The position numbers were made by a program, and so were the translations under genes. This document shows, piece by piece, positions 10,738 through 22,136 of a stretch of 64,000 bases of DNA. The notes under the pieces are model-generated. The model had not been told where the DNA came from. It searched no databases and saw only the letters and a list, made by a program, of their open reading frames with translations. The DNA is from a virus. The stretch's first letter is position 1. Every line of letters begins with the position of its first letter. The stretch lies in the IMG/VR virus record IMGVR_UViG_3300023174_000104, positions 32,689 to 96,688 of that record; one strand, 5' to 3'.

Positions 10738-13700
10738 ATGGCAATTAAAGCACTAAACTCAGTAGCTGGCTTCTCAGTAGGTGAAGTACCAGCAAATATT
10801 ATATTAGCAAACGGTGACATAACATCTAATAATGGCACGTTTACGGCAAACATTTCGGCAGGAAATGTATTAACCAATAATCTCTTATATGCTAATGGTA
10901 ATCCATGGGATATTGGTGGTATTCCAGGTGGCTCAAATACCCAGATTCAGTTTAATGATGCTGGTGAATTTGGCGGTAGTGCTAACTTTACCTTTAATCA
11001 GTCAACTAATGTATTGACTGTTACTGGTAATATTGCCGGTACGAATGTCAATGCTGGTAACTTGTTAACTGCTAATTATGTAACAGGTACCTTAACAACA
11101 GCCGCACAGCCAAATATTACAAGTGTTGGAACTTTAACTGGTTTAACAGTTAGTGATGGTAACGTTAGTAATACCATAATTGCATATGGTAATGGTACTC
11201 TTGCTGTGTCCGGCAACATTACTGCTAATAACTTTGTTGGTAATATTAGTGGTAACATTTCAGGTAATATTGTCATTCCTGGTTCAAATACAGGTGTTGT
11301 GTTTAATGACAATGGTAATGCTAATACAAGCACCGCATTTACCTTTAACAAGGCAAGTAATTTAGTTACTATTACATCTAATGCTAACGTCGGTAATTTG
11401 ATATCAGGTGGAGTTGTGTCCGCAACTGGTAACGTGTCCGGTGCTAATTTAACAACAGGCGGTGTATTAAGTGTAACAGGTAATGCTAACGTTGGTAACT
11501 TAGGTACAGGTGGTTTGATAGTTGCAAGTGGCAACATTGATGGTGGAAATTTAAATACGGGCGGAGCACTAAGTGTAACAGGTAATGCTAACGTTGGTAA
11601 CTTAGGAACTGCAGGTTTAGTTACTGCAACCGGCAACGTAAGTGGTGGTAATTTAACTACCACTGGTTTAGTATCTGCAACCGGCAACGTAAGTGGTGGT
11701 AATTTAACTACAGGTGGCGTAGTACAAGCAACAGGCAATGTTAATGGTGCCAACTTTAATACACTTGGTACTGCTAATATAGGTGATCTAAAGATTTCAG
11801 GTAATGTTGAAGGTAATTTAATACCCAAAACATCTAACACATATAATTTAGGTAATAGTACATATTACTGGAAAGATTTGTTCTTATCCGGCACTACTAT
11901 TACGCTAGGTGATCAAACAATTTCTTCAAATGCAAATGGTGTTATCTTATCAAATACAACATTCATAAGTACATTAAATGCATCAGGTAATGCTAATGTT
12001 GGTAATTTAGGTACTGCAGGTTCGATTACTGCAACAGGCAATGTAAGTGGTGGTAATTTAACTACTACTGGTGTAGTATCTGCAACTGGTAATGTATCTG
12101 GTGGTAACTTAACAACAGCCGGTGTACTAAGTGTAACAGGTAATGCTAACGTTGGTAATTTAGGTACAGCTGGTCTAATAGTTGCAACTGGTAATATTGA
12201 TGGTGGTAACTTAAATACTGGTGGAATAGTATCCGCATCTGGCAACATAGTTTCTAATGCAAACGTTGTTACAGATTTGATTGTTGGTAGAACAAGTAGT
12301 GTAACAATTACCGCAACTGGTTCTAATCAAAATATTAATTTGACTCCAACAGGTACTGGTACAGTTAACGTTGGTAATTTTATTATATCTAACGTACAAA
12401 CTCCATTATCAGATTTTGATGCCGCAACAAAGAAATACGTAGATGACGTTGCTCAAGGTCTAAACGTACACGATGCAGCATTGGCAGCAACAACTAATAC
12501 ACTTGCTATATTGACTGGCGGTACTATCACATATAATAATGGTACAGCAGGCGTTGGTGCAACATTGACACTATCAGGTTCACCAACTAAGAATTTCACA
12601 AGTGCAAATACTTTTGATGGTAATGTCACCGCAGTGACAACTAGTCGTATTCTTGTTAAGAGCGAAACAAATGCGGCATATAACGGTGTTTACGTTGTTA
12701 CAAGTTCAACTGTTCTAACAAGAGCAAGTGATTACAATACTGTTCCGGAAGTTGAAGCAGGTGACTTCATATTCGTACAAGACGGTACTACATACAATGA
12801 CTCAGGTTGGGTACAGACATCATCAGTAACTACTATTGGTACTGATCCAATATTGTTCACTCAATTCTCAGGCGCCGGTACATATACAGCAGGCACCGGT
12901 TTAGCATTAAATGGTACTGAATTCAGTATTGCTAACACAACTGTTACTGCAGGTGCATATGGTAACGGTGATTATAATGCTACATTTACTGTTAATAGTC
13001 AAGGTCAATTAACAGCGGCTGCTAACGTAGCAATTACTGCTAACGCAGCCAACTTAACAGGTACCACCCTTGCTTCAACAATAGTAACTTCAAGTTTAAC
13101 AAGTGTTGGTACATTAGGCTCATTGGCAGTTACAGCAAATGTAACTGCTGGTAATGTATATGCTAATAGCGGAACAATTGGTGCAAGTTTATTAACTGGT
13201 ACACTAACTACTGCGGCTCAGCCAAATATTACAAGTGTTGGCTCATTAAGTTCATTAACAGTAGCAGGTACAAGTAACTTAGGTCCTGTTGGTAATGTAA
13301 CTATTACAGGTGGATCAAGTGGACAAGTTTTAAGTACAAATGGTTCAGGTGGTTTATCATTTATAACAATAAATTCATCTGGTATATCAAATGGTACAAG
13401 TAATGTAAGTATTCCAGTATCTAATGGCAATGTTAACATGTCTGTTGGCGGAAACGCTAATGTATTGGTTGTTACAGGTACCGGAGTTAACGTAGCAGGT
13501 AATTTAAATGCTACCGGAAATGTTAGTTTAGGTGGAGGTTCGGGTGGTAATTTAAGTGGTGCTAATAATATTAGTGCAAACACATTCACTGGTACACTTA
13601 CAACAAATGCTCAACCAAATATCACAAGTGTTGGTACATTAACAAGTTTAGCAGTAACAGGTAACATTAGTTCAGGTAATGCTAATTTAGGTAATTTAGT

Positions 13701-15807
13701 AACAGCTAATTTCTTTAGCGGTTCTGGTAATAACTTAAGTAATATTCAAGGTGGTAACGTTTCTGGCCAAGTAGGTAACGCACTAGTGGCAGGTACAGTA
13801 TATACAAATGCTCAACCAAATATTACAAGTGTTGGTACATTAGCTAATTTAACAGTAGGTGGTACAAGCAATTTAGGTCCAGTCGGTAATGTAACTATTA
13901 CCGGTGGTTCAAGTGGACAAGTTTTAAGTACAAATGGTTCAGGTGGATTATCATTTATTACTATCGGTACAGCCGGTGTATCAAATGGTAATAGTAATGT
14001 TAGTATTGCAACTGCCGGCGGTAATGTAACAACCAGTGTAGCTGGCAATGCTAACGTATTAGTTGTTACTGGCACAGGAATATTAGTTAACGGTAACGGA
14101 AATGTTACTGGTAATCTAACAGCAGGTAATATCATTGCAGGCGGAGGTTCTGGTGGTAATATTACTGGTGCAAACTTAGTTTCTGCTAACTTCTTCACTG
14201 GTACATTAACAACAGCCGCACAGCCAAATATCACAAGTGTCGGTACATTAACAAGTTTAGCAGTAACTGGCAATATCAGTTCAGGTAATGCTAATTTAGG
14301 TAACTTAGTTACAGCTAACTTCTTTAGTGGTTCTGGTAATAATTTAAGTAATATTCAAGGTGCTAACGTTACTGGCACAGTAGCAAGCGCATCAACTGCA
14401 GTAACAGTAACTGCAAATGCTCAACCTAATATTACAAGTACAGGTACACTAACAAGTTTAGGCGTATCAGGTGCAGTAACAGCAAGCACATTAGTTTCTA
14501 ACGTTGCAACCGGCACTGCTCCATTAACAGTAACAAGTACAACACGTGTTTCTAACTTAAACGTTGCATATGCTAACGTAGCAGATAATATTAATGTAGC
14601 AGCCGGAACAGGAAATAATTTCCTTATATTTGCAAATGCAGCAACAGGTAATGTATCAGAATTAACAAGTACAGGATTAACTGCTAACTTATCTAATAAT
14701 TCTATCACAGCAACTACATTTGTTGGTACATTGGCTGGTTCATTAGCTAATGGTAATAGTAATGTTAACATACCAAATGCAAATGGTAATATTAATCTAA
14801 CTGCTGTAGGAAATACAACATTAGTAGTTACAGGCACTGGCGCAAATATTGAAGGAACATTAAATGTAACCGGTAATGCAGTTGTTGGAAATCTAACAAC
14901 AGGTGGAGCTGGTGGTAACATTTCGGGTGCTAATAACATTAGTGCTAACACATTCACTGGTACATTAACAACAGCCGCACAGCCAAATATTACAAGTGTT
15001 GGTACATTAACAAGTTTGGCGGTAACAGGTAATGTTACTGCTGGTAATGCTAATGTAACTGGTCAATTAATTTCTACTGTTTCAACAGGTACTGCACCGT
15101 TTGTAGTTACATCAACTACAACTGTTGCTAACTTGTCAGTAGCTACCGCAACAACAGCCGGATCTGCAACAACAGCTGGCACAGTAACAACAAATGCTCA
15201 ACCTAACATCACTAGTGTTGGTACATTAACAAGTTTAGCTGTGACAGGTAATGTTACTGCTGGTAATTTAATAGGTGTGTTTGCTAATGGTAATAGTAGC
15301 ATTTCTATTCCATCAGCTAATGGTAATATTAATATTTCAGCAGGTGGAACACCGAATGAATTAGTAATCACTAGTACAGGAGTTAATGTAGCCGGTACAT
15401 TAAATGCTACAGGTAACATTAATGGTGGTAATGTAATTACAACCGGTGTTGCGGTCGCTAATTCGGGCGTCCAGATTAGTAACTCTGCTGTTTATTTTGC
15501 TAATGTTACTACATCTTCAACTACACCAAACCAAACAATTGCAACAATTGCATTAACTAGTTCTTATATAACAGGAGTAGAATATTTAGTTAAAGGGGTA
15601 GATGCTGCCGGTGCTAAATACAGTGTAGCTACAGTTGTATCAGTTACTAATGGAACCATATCAGATTATTCTACTTTTGCAACAGTCAATATAGGAGGAT
15701 CAACTGGGTCATTATCAGTTAACATATCAGGAAGTAATATTGCGTTGCAAGTTACCCCTGCAAGTAGTAACTCAACTGTATGGACTACCCAATTTAGAGT
15801 CATTTAA
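10738..15807 (+). CDS. Giant tail fibre / virion structural protein
   Basis: 1689 aa; GNVSGGNLTT and AQPNITSVGTL repeats; DAATKKYVDD module. Confidence 0.7.
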   Translation: MAIKALNSVAGFSVGEVPANIILANGDITSNNGTFTANISAGNVLTNNLLYANGNPWDIGGIPGGSNTQIQFNDAGEFGGSANFTFNQSTNVLTVTGNIAGTNVNAGNLLTANYVTGTLTTAAQPNITSVGTLTGLTVSDGNVSNTIIAYGNGTLAVSGNITANNFVGNISGNISGNIVIPGSNTGVVFNDNGNANTSTAFTFNKASNLVTITSNANVGNLISGGVVSATGNVSGANLTTGGVLSVTGNANVGNLGTGGLIVASGNIDGGNLNTGGALSVTGNANVGNLGTAGLVTATGNVSGGNLTTTGLVSATGNVSGGNLTTGGVVQATGNVNGANFNTLGTANIGDLKISGNVEGNLIPKTSNTYNLGNSTYYWKDLFLSGTTITLGDQTISSNANGVILSNTTFISTLNASGNANVGNLGTAGSITATGNVSGGNLTTTGVVSATGNVSGGNLTTAGVLSVTGNANVGNLGTAGLIVATGNIDGGNLNTGGIVSASGNIVSNANVVTDLIVGRTSSVTITATGSNQNINLTPTGTGTVNVGNFIISNVQTPLSDFDAATKKYVDDVAQGLNVHDAALAATTNTLAILTGGTITYNNGTAGVGATLTLSGSPTKNFTSANTFDGNVTAVTTSRILVKSETNAAYNGVYVVTSSTVLTRASDYNTVPEVEAGDFIFVQDGTTYNDSGWVQTSSVTTIGTDPILFTQFSGAGTYTAGTGLALNGTEFSIANTTVTAGAYGNGDYNATFTVNSQGQLTAAANVAITANAANLTGTTLASTIVTSSLTSVGTLGSLAVTANVTAGNVYANSGTIGASLLTGTLTTAAQPNITSVGSLSSLTVAGTSNLGPVGNVTITGGSSGQVLSTNGSGGLSFITINSSGISNGTSNVSIPVSNGNVNMSVGGNANVLVVTGTGVNVAGNLNATGNVSLGGGSGGNLSGANNISANTFTGTLTTNAQPNITSVGTLTSLAVTGNISSGNANLGNLVTANFFSGSGNNLSNIQGGNVSGQVGNALVAGTVYTNAQPNITSVGTLANLTVGGTSNLGPVGNVTITGGSSGQVLSTNGSGGLSFITIGTAGVSNGNSNVSIATAGGNVTTSVAGNANVLVVTGTGILVNGNGNVTGNLTAGNIIAGGGSGGNITGANLVSANFFTGTLTTAAQPNITSVGTLTSLAVTGNISSGNANLGNLVTANFFSGSGNNLSNIQGANVTGTVASASTAVTVTANAQPNITSTGTLTSLGVSGAVTASTLVSNVATGTAPLTVTSTTRVSNLNVAYANVADNINVAAGTGNNFLIFANAATGNVSELTSTGLTANLSNNSITATTFVGTLAGSLANGNSNVNIPNANGNINLTAVGNTTLVVTGTGANIEGTLNVTGNAVVGNLTTGGAGGNISGANNISANTFTGTLTTAAQPNITSVGTLTSLAVTGNVTAGNANVTGQLISTVSTGTAPFVVTSTTTVANLSVATATTAGSATTAGTVTTNAQPNITSVGTLTSLAVTGNVTAGNLIGVFANGNSSISIPSANGNINISAGGTPNELVITSTGVNVAGTLNATGNINGGNVITTGVAVANSGVQISNSAVYFANVTTSSTTPNQTIATIALTSSYITGVEYLVKGVDAAGAKYSVATVVSVTNGTISDYSTFATVNIGGSTGSLSVNISGSNIALQVTPASSNSTVWTTQFRVI

Positions 15808-15823
15808 GGATATACACAAAGAG

Positions 15824-16516
15824 ATGCAACATTATAGAAAAATTTGGGAAAGTATTAATGGTCCTATACCAATTGATGAGTTTGGTAGAACATACGAAAT
15901 TCATCATATTGACGGTAACCATAAAAATAATTCCGTTGACAACTTACAGTGTATTTCAATAAAAGAGCACTATGATATTCATTATTCTCAAGGAGATTTA
16001 GGTGCATGTTACCTAATAGGTGTTAGAATGCAAATGACCACATCAGAACTATCAACTTTGTCGTCTTTGGTTCAACAAGAAAAAATAAAGAATAAAACTC
16101 ATGCTTTTTTACGAAAAGATTTTCAAAAAAATATGCAAAATAAACGTGTTGCAGATGGTGTACATCCGTGGCAAAATTCAGAATTGCAAAAAAAGAAAGC
16201 ATTAATGAGGGTTAAAAATGGAACGCATCCTTGGTTGGGATCAGAGTTTGCTAAAAAAAATAATTTAAAAAGAATAAAAGATAACACTCATAATTTTTTA
16301 GGAGATACTAATCCAGGAAAACTGAATTTTGAAGCAGGCACTAGTCATATCAATAATAAAGAATGGCAAAAGGAAAAAGCAAAAAAACAAATTGAGAAGG
16401 GTACACATAACTCACAAGTTAAGTGGGTTTGTTCTAAATGTAATAAAGAAGGTAAAGGCTCAGGTGCTTTTTCTAGATTTCACGGTAATAACTGTAAATC
16501 TCTAGTGGTAGCGTAA
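15824..16516 (+). CDS. HNH homing endonuclease
   Basis: YEIHHIDGNHKNNSVDNLQCISIKEHYDIH; repeated GxHP/NF motifs; free-standing between fibre genes. Confidence 0.85.
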   Translation: MQHYRKIWESINGPIPIDEFGRTYEIHHIDGNHKNNSVDNLQCISIKEHYDIHYSQGDLGACYLIGVRMQMTTSELSTLSSLVQQEKIKNKTHAFLRKDFQKNMQNKRVADGVHPWQNSELQKKKALMRVKNGTHPWLGSEFAKKNNLKRIKDNTHNFLGDTNPGKLNFEAGTSHINNKEWQKEKAKKQIEKGTHNSQVKWVCSKCNKEGKGSGAFSRFHGNNCKSLVVA

Positions 16517-16530
16517 GCAGAAAGTAAAGA

Positions 16531-19500
16531 ATGGCAAAGAAACCCTTCATTTCGGTTGATGGTATCACCGTAGGTGAAGCCAACGCACTAGTGAACGTTA
16601 TTTTATCCAATGGTGATATTACCACAAGTAATATTACTATTGGTAATAACGCTAACTTAGGCAATGTCGGTAATATTATTATTACCGGCGGTTCTTCCGG
16701 CTATGTATTAAGCACAAATGGATCAGGGAATCTTTCTTGGATAGCACAATCCGGTGGAGGTAGCACCAGCAATATTAGTAATGGCAATAGTAATGTAAAT
16801 ATTGCTACAGAAAATGGCAACATCACCATGAGTGCTGTTGGCAATGCTAATATCGTAGTAGTTACCGGTACTGGAGCAAATATTACAGGAACATTAAATG
16901 TAACCGGTAATGCTACTGTTGGTAACATTATTACAGGTGCTGGATCAGGTGGTAATATCACCGGTGCAAATGTAATCTCTGCTAATACAGTTACAGCTAG
17001 CGGTAATATTACTGCTGGTAATGCTAATTTAGGCAATGCAGTAACAGCTAATTTCTTTATTGGTAGTGGTGCTAATTTAACAAGTATAGCCGGAGCCAAT
17101 GTTTCTGGTCAAGTAGGTAATGCATTAGTAGCAAGTACTGTATATACAAATGCACAACCTAATATTACTTCAGTTGGTACATTAACTAGTTTAAGTGTTT
17201 CTGGTACAGGATCATTTGGTGCTAATGTTAATTTAAACAGTTTTAATATAACAAATCTTGCAACTCCAGTAGCAAGCACAGATGCCGCAACAAAACAATA
17301 TGTTGATGATGTTGCTCAAGGCTTGAACGTACATGATAGTGTACAAGCCGCAACGCCAACAACACTAGCATCTATTACCGGTGGAACAATAACATATAAT
17401 AACGGCTCTAGTGGAGTAGGTGCAAATCTAACTACTACTGGATCATTTAATTTAATAGATGGTGTAAATGTACAAACATCAGGTACACGTATTCTAGTCA
17501 AGAACGAAGCAAACGCAGTATTCAATGGTATATATACTTGGAGTAACGCAACGGTAATTACACGTGCGGTTGACTATAATACTGTACCTGAAGTAGAAGC
17601 AGGTGATTTTGTATTCTGCACAGGTGGCACACTATATGATAATACCGGTTGGGTACAAACAAGTACTGTTACTGCAATTGGTACTACTGGTAATAACATT
17701 GAATTCACTCAGTTTTCAGGAGCTGGTACATATCAAGCTGGTACGGGTTTAACATTAACAGGTAGTACCTTTAGTGTAAATGCTAGTCAAACTCAAGTTA
17801 CTAGTGTAGGTACATTGGGTAATTTAACTGTTAGCGGTAATGCAACAGTCGGTAATTTAGTTACTAGTGGTAGTGGTGGTACATTATCTAACATCAATGT
17901 TGTTTCAGCTAATACATTTACTGCAAGTGGAAATATTACTGCTGGTAATGCTAATTTAGGTAACTCAGTAACAGCTAACTTTTTTACTGGTAATCTTTAC
18001 GGAACAGCAAATTTAGCAACATTTGCAACCACTGCAAATGCGGTAGCAGGATCTAATGTATCCGGTCAAGTAGGTAATGCATTAGTAGCGGGGACAGTTT
18101 ATACTGCGGCACAACCAAATATAACAAGTGTTGGTACATTAACTGGTTTAACAAGCACAGGTACAGTTAACTTAACTGGTGCAAGTAATGTTAGTTTAGG
18201 ACCAGTTGGTAATGTAAAAATCACAGGTGGTAGTAATGGACAGTACTTACAGACAGATGGAACCGGAACACTAAACTGGGTAAGTATTAGCTCAAGTGCT
18301 ACATTAGCAAATGGCAATAGTAATGTAAATATACCAGCCGCAAATGGCAATATCAACTTAACAGCAGTTGGTAATACAGTTATGGTAGTTACTGGTACTG
18401 GTGTTAATGTGGCCGGTACATTAAATATATCTGGCAATACAACAGTAAGTAATCTAATATCATCAGGTACCGGAGGTAATATTAGTAATGCTAATGTTAT
18501 CTCAGCAAATACATTTATTGCTAGTGGTAATATCACTGCAACTAATATCAATACAACCGGTAGTGGTGGTAATATTGGTAATGCAAATGTTATCAGTGCA
18601 AATACGTTTATTGCGAGTGGTAATATCACAGCCGGTAATGCAAACTTAGGTAATGCAACTACTGCTAATTATTTCATTGGTAACTTTTATGGTACAGCCA
18701 ACTCAGCTACAACAGCGGGTACTGTAACAACAGCCGCACAACCAAATATTACTTCAGTTGGAACATTAAGTAGTTTATCAGTTACTGGTAACATCAGTTC
18801 AGGTAATGCTAATTTAGGTAACTTAGTAACAGCTAACTTCTTTAGTGGTAATGGTAGTCTATTAACTGGTATTACAGTAAGTGCCGGTAATTCAATTGTA
18901 AATGGTAATAGCAATGTAAGTATTCCAGTCGCAAATGGAAATGTTAATATTAGTGCTGTAGGAAATGCAAACGTTTTAGTTATTACAGGCACTGGGGCAA
19001 ACATTACAGGTACAGCTAACATCAGCGGTAACTTAAGTGTAGGGAACATAGTAACTAGTGGCAGTGGTGGTAATATTACCGGTGGTAATGTTATTTCCGC
19101 TAATACATTTATAGCTAGCGGTAATATAACAGCTAGTAATGCTAATTTAGGTAATGCGGTAACAGCTAACTATTTTATTGGTAACTTATATGGCACAGCT
19201 AATTTAGCTACATTTGCAACTACTGCTAATAGTGTAGCAGGTGGTAATGTTTCTGGTCAAGTGGGTAATGCATTAGTAGCAAGTACTGTATATACAAATG
19301 CACAGCCAAACATAACAAGTGTTGGTACATTAACTAGTTTAAGTGTATCCGGTACAGGATTATTTGGTGCTAATGTTAATTTAAATAGTTTTAACATCAC
19401 TAATTTAGCTACACCGGTTGCAAGCACAGATGCCGCAACAAAACAATATGTTGATGACGTTGCTCAAGGACTAAACATACATGATGCAGTAGCAGCCGCG

Positions 19501-21762
19501 ACACCAACAACACTAGCATCTATTACCGGTGGAACAATAACATATAATAACGGCTCTAGTGGAGTAGGTGCAAACTTGACAACTACTGGCACTTTTAACT
19601 TAATAGACGGTGTAAATGTACAAACATCAGGTACACGTATTTTAGTTAAGAACGAGGCAAATGCAGTATTTAATGGTATATATACTTGGAGTAACGCAAC
19701 CGTTATTACACGTGCAACTGATTATAATACTGTACCTGAAGTAGAAGCAGGTGATTTTGTATTCTGCACAGGTGGTACACTATATGATAATACCGGTTGG
19801 GTACAAACCAGTACTGTTACGGCAATTGGTACTGCTGGTAATAACATTGAATTCACCCAGTTTAGTGGTGCAGGTACATATACAGCAGGTACTGGTTTAA
19901 CATTAACTGGCAGTGTATTCAGTATTTCTAATACAACTGTAACAGCCGGCAGTTATGGCAATGGCGATAGAGTTGCAACGTTTACGGTTAATAGTCAAGG
20001 TCAATTAACAGCAGCAGCTAATACAGCAATAACAGCTAATGCCGCTAACTTAACAGGAACAACTCTTGCTACTGGTATTGTTACTAGTTCATTAACCAGT
20101 GTTGGTAATTTAATTGGATTAACAGTAAGTAATTCTTCTAGTACAGTTAACTTCTCAAATACAGCTAACGTTACTTTGGGTACTGTATCTAACTTACATA
20201 TTAGTGGTGGTACAAACGCATATGTATTAAGTACTGATGGTGCAGGTAATTTAAGTTGGGTAGCTCAAACAGCCGGTGGCGGATCTAATATCAGTAATGG
20301 CAATAGTAATGTAAGTATTGCTACTGCAAATGGCAATATAACATTCAGTGCAGTTGGTAATGCTAATGTAATGACTATTACCGGTACTGGTGCAAACATT
20401 ACTGGATATACTACTATTACAGGTAATCTATCCGCTGGTAATATCACTACAGGTGCTGGCACAGGTGGTAACATCAGTGGTGCTAATGTAATATCTGCTA
20501 ATATAGTAAATGCTACACTTAGTGCTAACTTAGGTAACAGTGTTACTGCTAATTACTTTATTGGTAACTTTTATGGTACTGCTAATAGTGCTACAACAGC
20601 AGGTACAGTAACAACTGCGGCTCAACCAAATATCACTTCAGTTGGTACATTGACTAGTTTAGCAGTAACAGGTAATGCTTCGGCAGGTAACCTGAATACA
20701 GCAGGTGCAGTTGTAGCAAGCACCTTAACTTCAAATGTAGCTACTGGTACTGCTCCAATAACAGTAACTTCAACTACACGTGTTAGTAACTTAAACGTTG
20801 CTTATGCTAACGTGGCTGACAATATTAATGTATCAGCCGGAACAGGAAATAACTTCCTTATCTTTGCAAATGCGGCAACAGGCAATATAGCAGAATTAAC
20901 AAGCACAGGCCTCACTGCTAACTTGTCAAATAACTCTATTACTGCAACAACATTCGTTGGCACATTAAGTGGTGCCGCAACAAGCGCAACAACAGCAGGT
21001 ACAGTAACAACTAATGCACAACCAAATATCACAAGTGTTGGTACATTAACCGGACTAACAAGTACAGGTACTATTAACTTAACTAGTGCAAGCAATGTAT
21101 CACTCGGACCAGTTGGTAACGTAAAAATTACTGGCGGTAGTAATGGTCAATATCTACAAACAGACGGATCAGGTACATTGACTTGGGCTACTGTAAGTTC
21201 TGGTTCTACTAGTAATATCAGTAATGGCAATAGTAATGTAAATATTGCATCAGCTAATGGTAACATTACAATGAGTGCAGTAGGTAATGCTAATATTGTT
21301 ACCGTAACAGGAACTGGCATTAACGTAGCAGGTACATTAAATACAACAGGAAATGTAACATTAAGTGGATCAAATGTTAGTTTGGGTGCAGTAGGTAATG
21401 TAAAAATCACGGGTGGTTCAAACACATATGTATTAAGTACAGATGGTGCAGGTAACTTAAGTTGGGTAGCACCACCAGCCGGTGCAAATGTAACAGTAGA
21501 TAACTTTACAGGTAATGGTGTACAGACAGTATTTACTTTAAGTACCACGCCTACAGGCATAAATCAAACTAGTGTTAACTATAATGGAGCTACCGTATTA
21601 CGTACAGATTACACACTAGCTAACGCTAACATTACATTTAGTAGTGCTCCTGCAAATGGCAGTTATATAGAAGTAACAACAATCAATTTAACCACTAGTG
21701 GTGGAGGTGGTGGAGCATCATCGGCTGCCGCAGTAGGCTATTCATTAATATTCGGAGGATAA
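16531..21762 (+). CDS. Giant tail fibre protein with internal duplication
   Basis: 1743 aa; two near-identical DAATKQYVDD...FTQFSGAG modules; TDGAGNLSW motifs. Confidence 0.7.
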   Translation: MAKKPFISVDGITVGEANALVNVILSNGDITTSNITIGNNANLGNVGNIIITGGSSGYVLSTNGSGNLSWIAQSGGGSTSNISNGNSNVNIATENGNITMSAVGNANIVVVTGTGANITGTLNVTGNATVGNIITGAGSGGNITGANVISANTVTASGNITAGNANLGNAVTANFFIGSGANLTSIAGANVSGQVGNALVASTVYTNAQPNITSVGTLTSLSVSGTGSFGANVNLNSFNITNLATPVASTDAATKQYVDDVAQGLNVHDSVQAATPTTLASITGGTITYNNGSSGVGANLTTTGSFNLIDGVNVQTSGTRILVKNEANAVFNGIYTWSNATVITRAVDYNTVPEVEAGDFVFCTGGTLYDNTGWVQTSTVTAIGTTGNNIEFTQFSGAGTYQAGTGLTLTGSTFSVNASQTQVTSVGTLGNLTVSGNATVGNLVTSGSGGTLSNINVVSANTFTASGNITAGNANLGNSVTANFFTGNLYGTANLATFATTANAVAGSNVSGQVGNALVAGTVYTAAQPNITSVGTLTGLTSTGTVNLTGASNVSLGPVGNVKITGGSNGQYLQTDGTGTLNWVSISSSATLANGNSNVNIPAANGNINLTAVGNTVMVVTGTGVNVAGTLNISGNTTVSNLISSGTGGNISNANVISANTFIASGNITATNINTTGSGGNIGNANVISANTFIASGNITAGNANLGNATTANYFIGNFYGTANSATTAGTVTTAAQPNITSVGTLSSLSVTGNISSGNANLGNLVTANFFSGNGSLLTGITVSAGNSIVNGNSNVSIPVANGNVNISAVGNANVLVITGTGANITGTANISGNLSVGNIVTSGSGGNITGGNVISANTFIASGNITASNANLGNAVTANYFIGNLYGTANLATFATTANSVAGGNVSGQVGNALVASTVYTNAQPNITSVGTLTSLSVSGTGLFGANVNLNSFNITNLATPVASTDAATKQYVDDVAQGLNIHDAVAAATPTTLASITGGTITYNNGSSGVGANLTTTGTFNLIDGVNVQTSGTRILVKNEANAVFNGIYTWSNATVITRATDYNTVPEVEAGDFVFCTGGTLYDNTGWVQTSTVTAIGTAGNNIEFTQFSGAGTYTAGTGLTLTGSVFSISNTTVTAGSYGNGDRVATFTVNSQGQLTAAANTAITANAANLTGTTLATGIVTSSLTSVGNLIGLTVSNSSSTVNFSNTANVTLGTVSNLHISGGTNAYVLSTDGAGNLSWVAQTAGGGSNISNGNSNVSIATANGNITFSAVGNANVMTITGTGANITGYTTITGNLSAGNITTGAGTGGNISGANVISANIVNATLSANLGNSVTANYFIGNFYGTANSATTAGTVTTAAQPNITSVGTLTSLAVTGNASAGNLNTAGAVVASTLTSNVATGTAPITVTSTTRVSNLNVAYANVADNINVSAGTGNNFLIFANAATGNIAELTSTGLTANLSNNSITATTFVGTLSGAATSATTAGTVTTNAQPNITSVGTLTGLTSTGTINLTSASNVSLGPVGNVKITGGSNGQYLQTDGSGTLTWATVSSGSTSNISNGNSNVNIASANGNITMSAVGNANIVTVTGTGINVAGTLNTTGNVTLSGSNVSLGAVGNVKITGGSNTYVLSTDGAGNLSWVAPPAGANVTVDNFTGNGVQTVFTLSTTPTGINQTSVNYNGATVLRTDYTLANANITFSSAPANGSYIEVTTINLTTSGGGGGASSAAAVGYSLIFGG

Positions 21763-21763
21763 C

Positions 21764-22135
21764 ATGGCAGCACCAAACATAATCAGTGCAACAACAATCA
21801 ATGGTAAAACAACGGGTGCGAACCTAACAACTACAAGTGCAACTACAGTATTAAACAATGCTGTTGGTAGTGGTAAGTGTTTAAAAGTAAATACACTCAA
21901 TGTAGCTAATTACGGTGCTAGTACAGCTAATGTGACCGTTGCTTGGTATAATGCAGCCAACGTTGGTGGTACAGCATTTGCGATTGCAGGTAACGTTACA
22001 GTTCCTTCTGGCGGCACAGTAACAGTTATACAAAAGAACACGCAATACTATTTGGAAGAAAATAATAGTTTGGGAGCAACTGCAGGTACTGCAAATACTC
22101 TTATTGTCACTTGTAGCTATGAGGATATAAGTTAA
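21764..22135 (+). CDS. Small virion structural protein
   Basis: 123 aa, beta-strand-like, RBS GGAGG, inside fibre operon. Confidence 0.5.
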   Translation: MAAPNIISATTINGKTTGANLTTTSATTVLNNAVGSGKCLKVNTLNVANYGASTANVTVAWYNAANVGGTAFAIAGNVTVPSGGTVTVIQKNTQYYLEENNSLGATAGTANTLIVTCSYEDIS

Positions 22136-22136
22136 A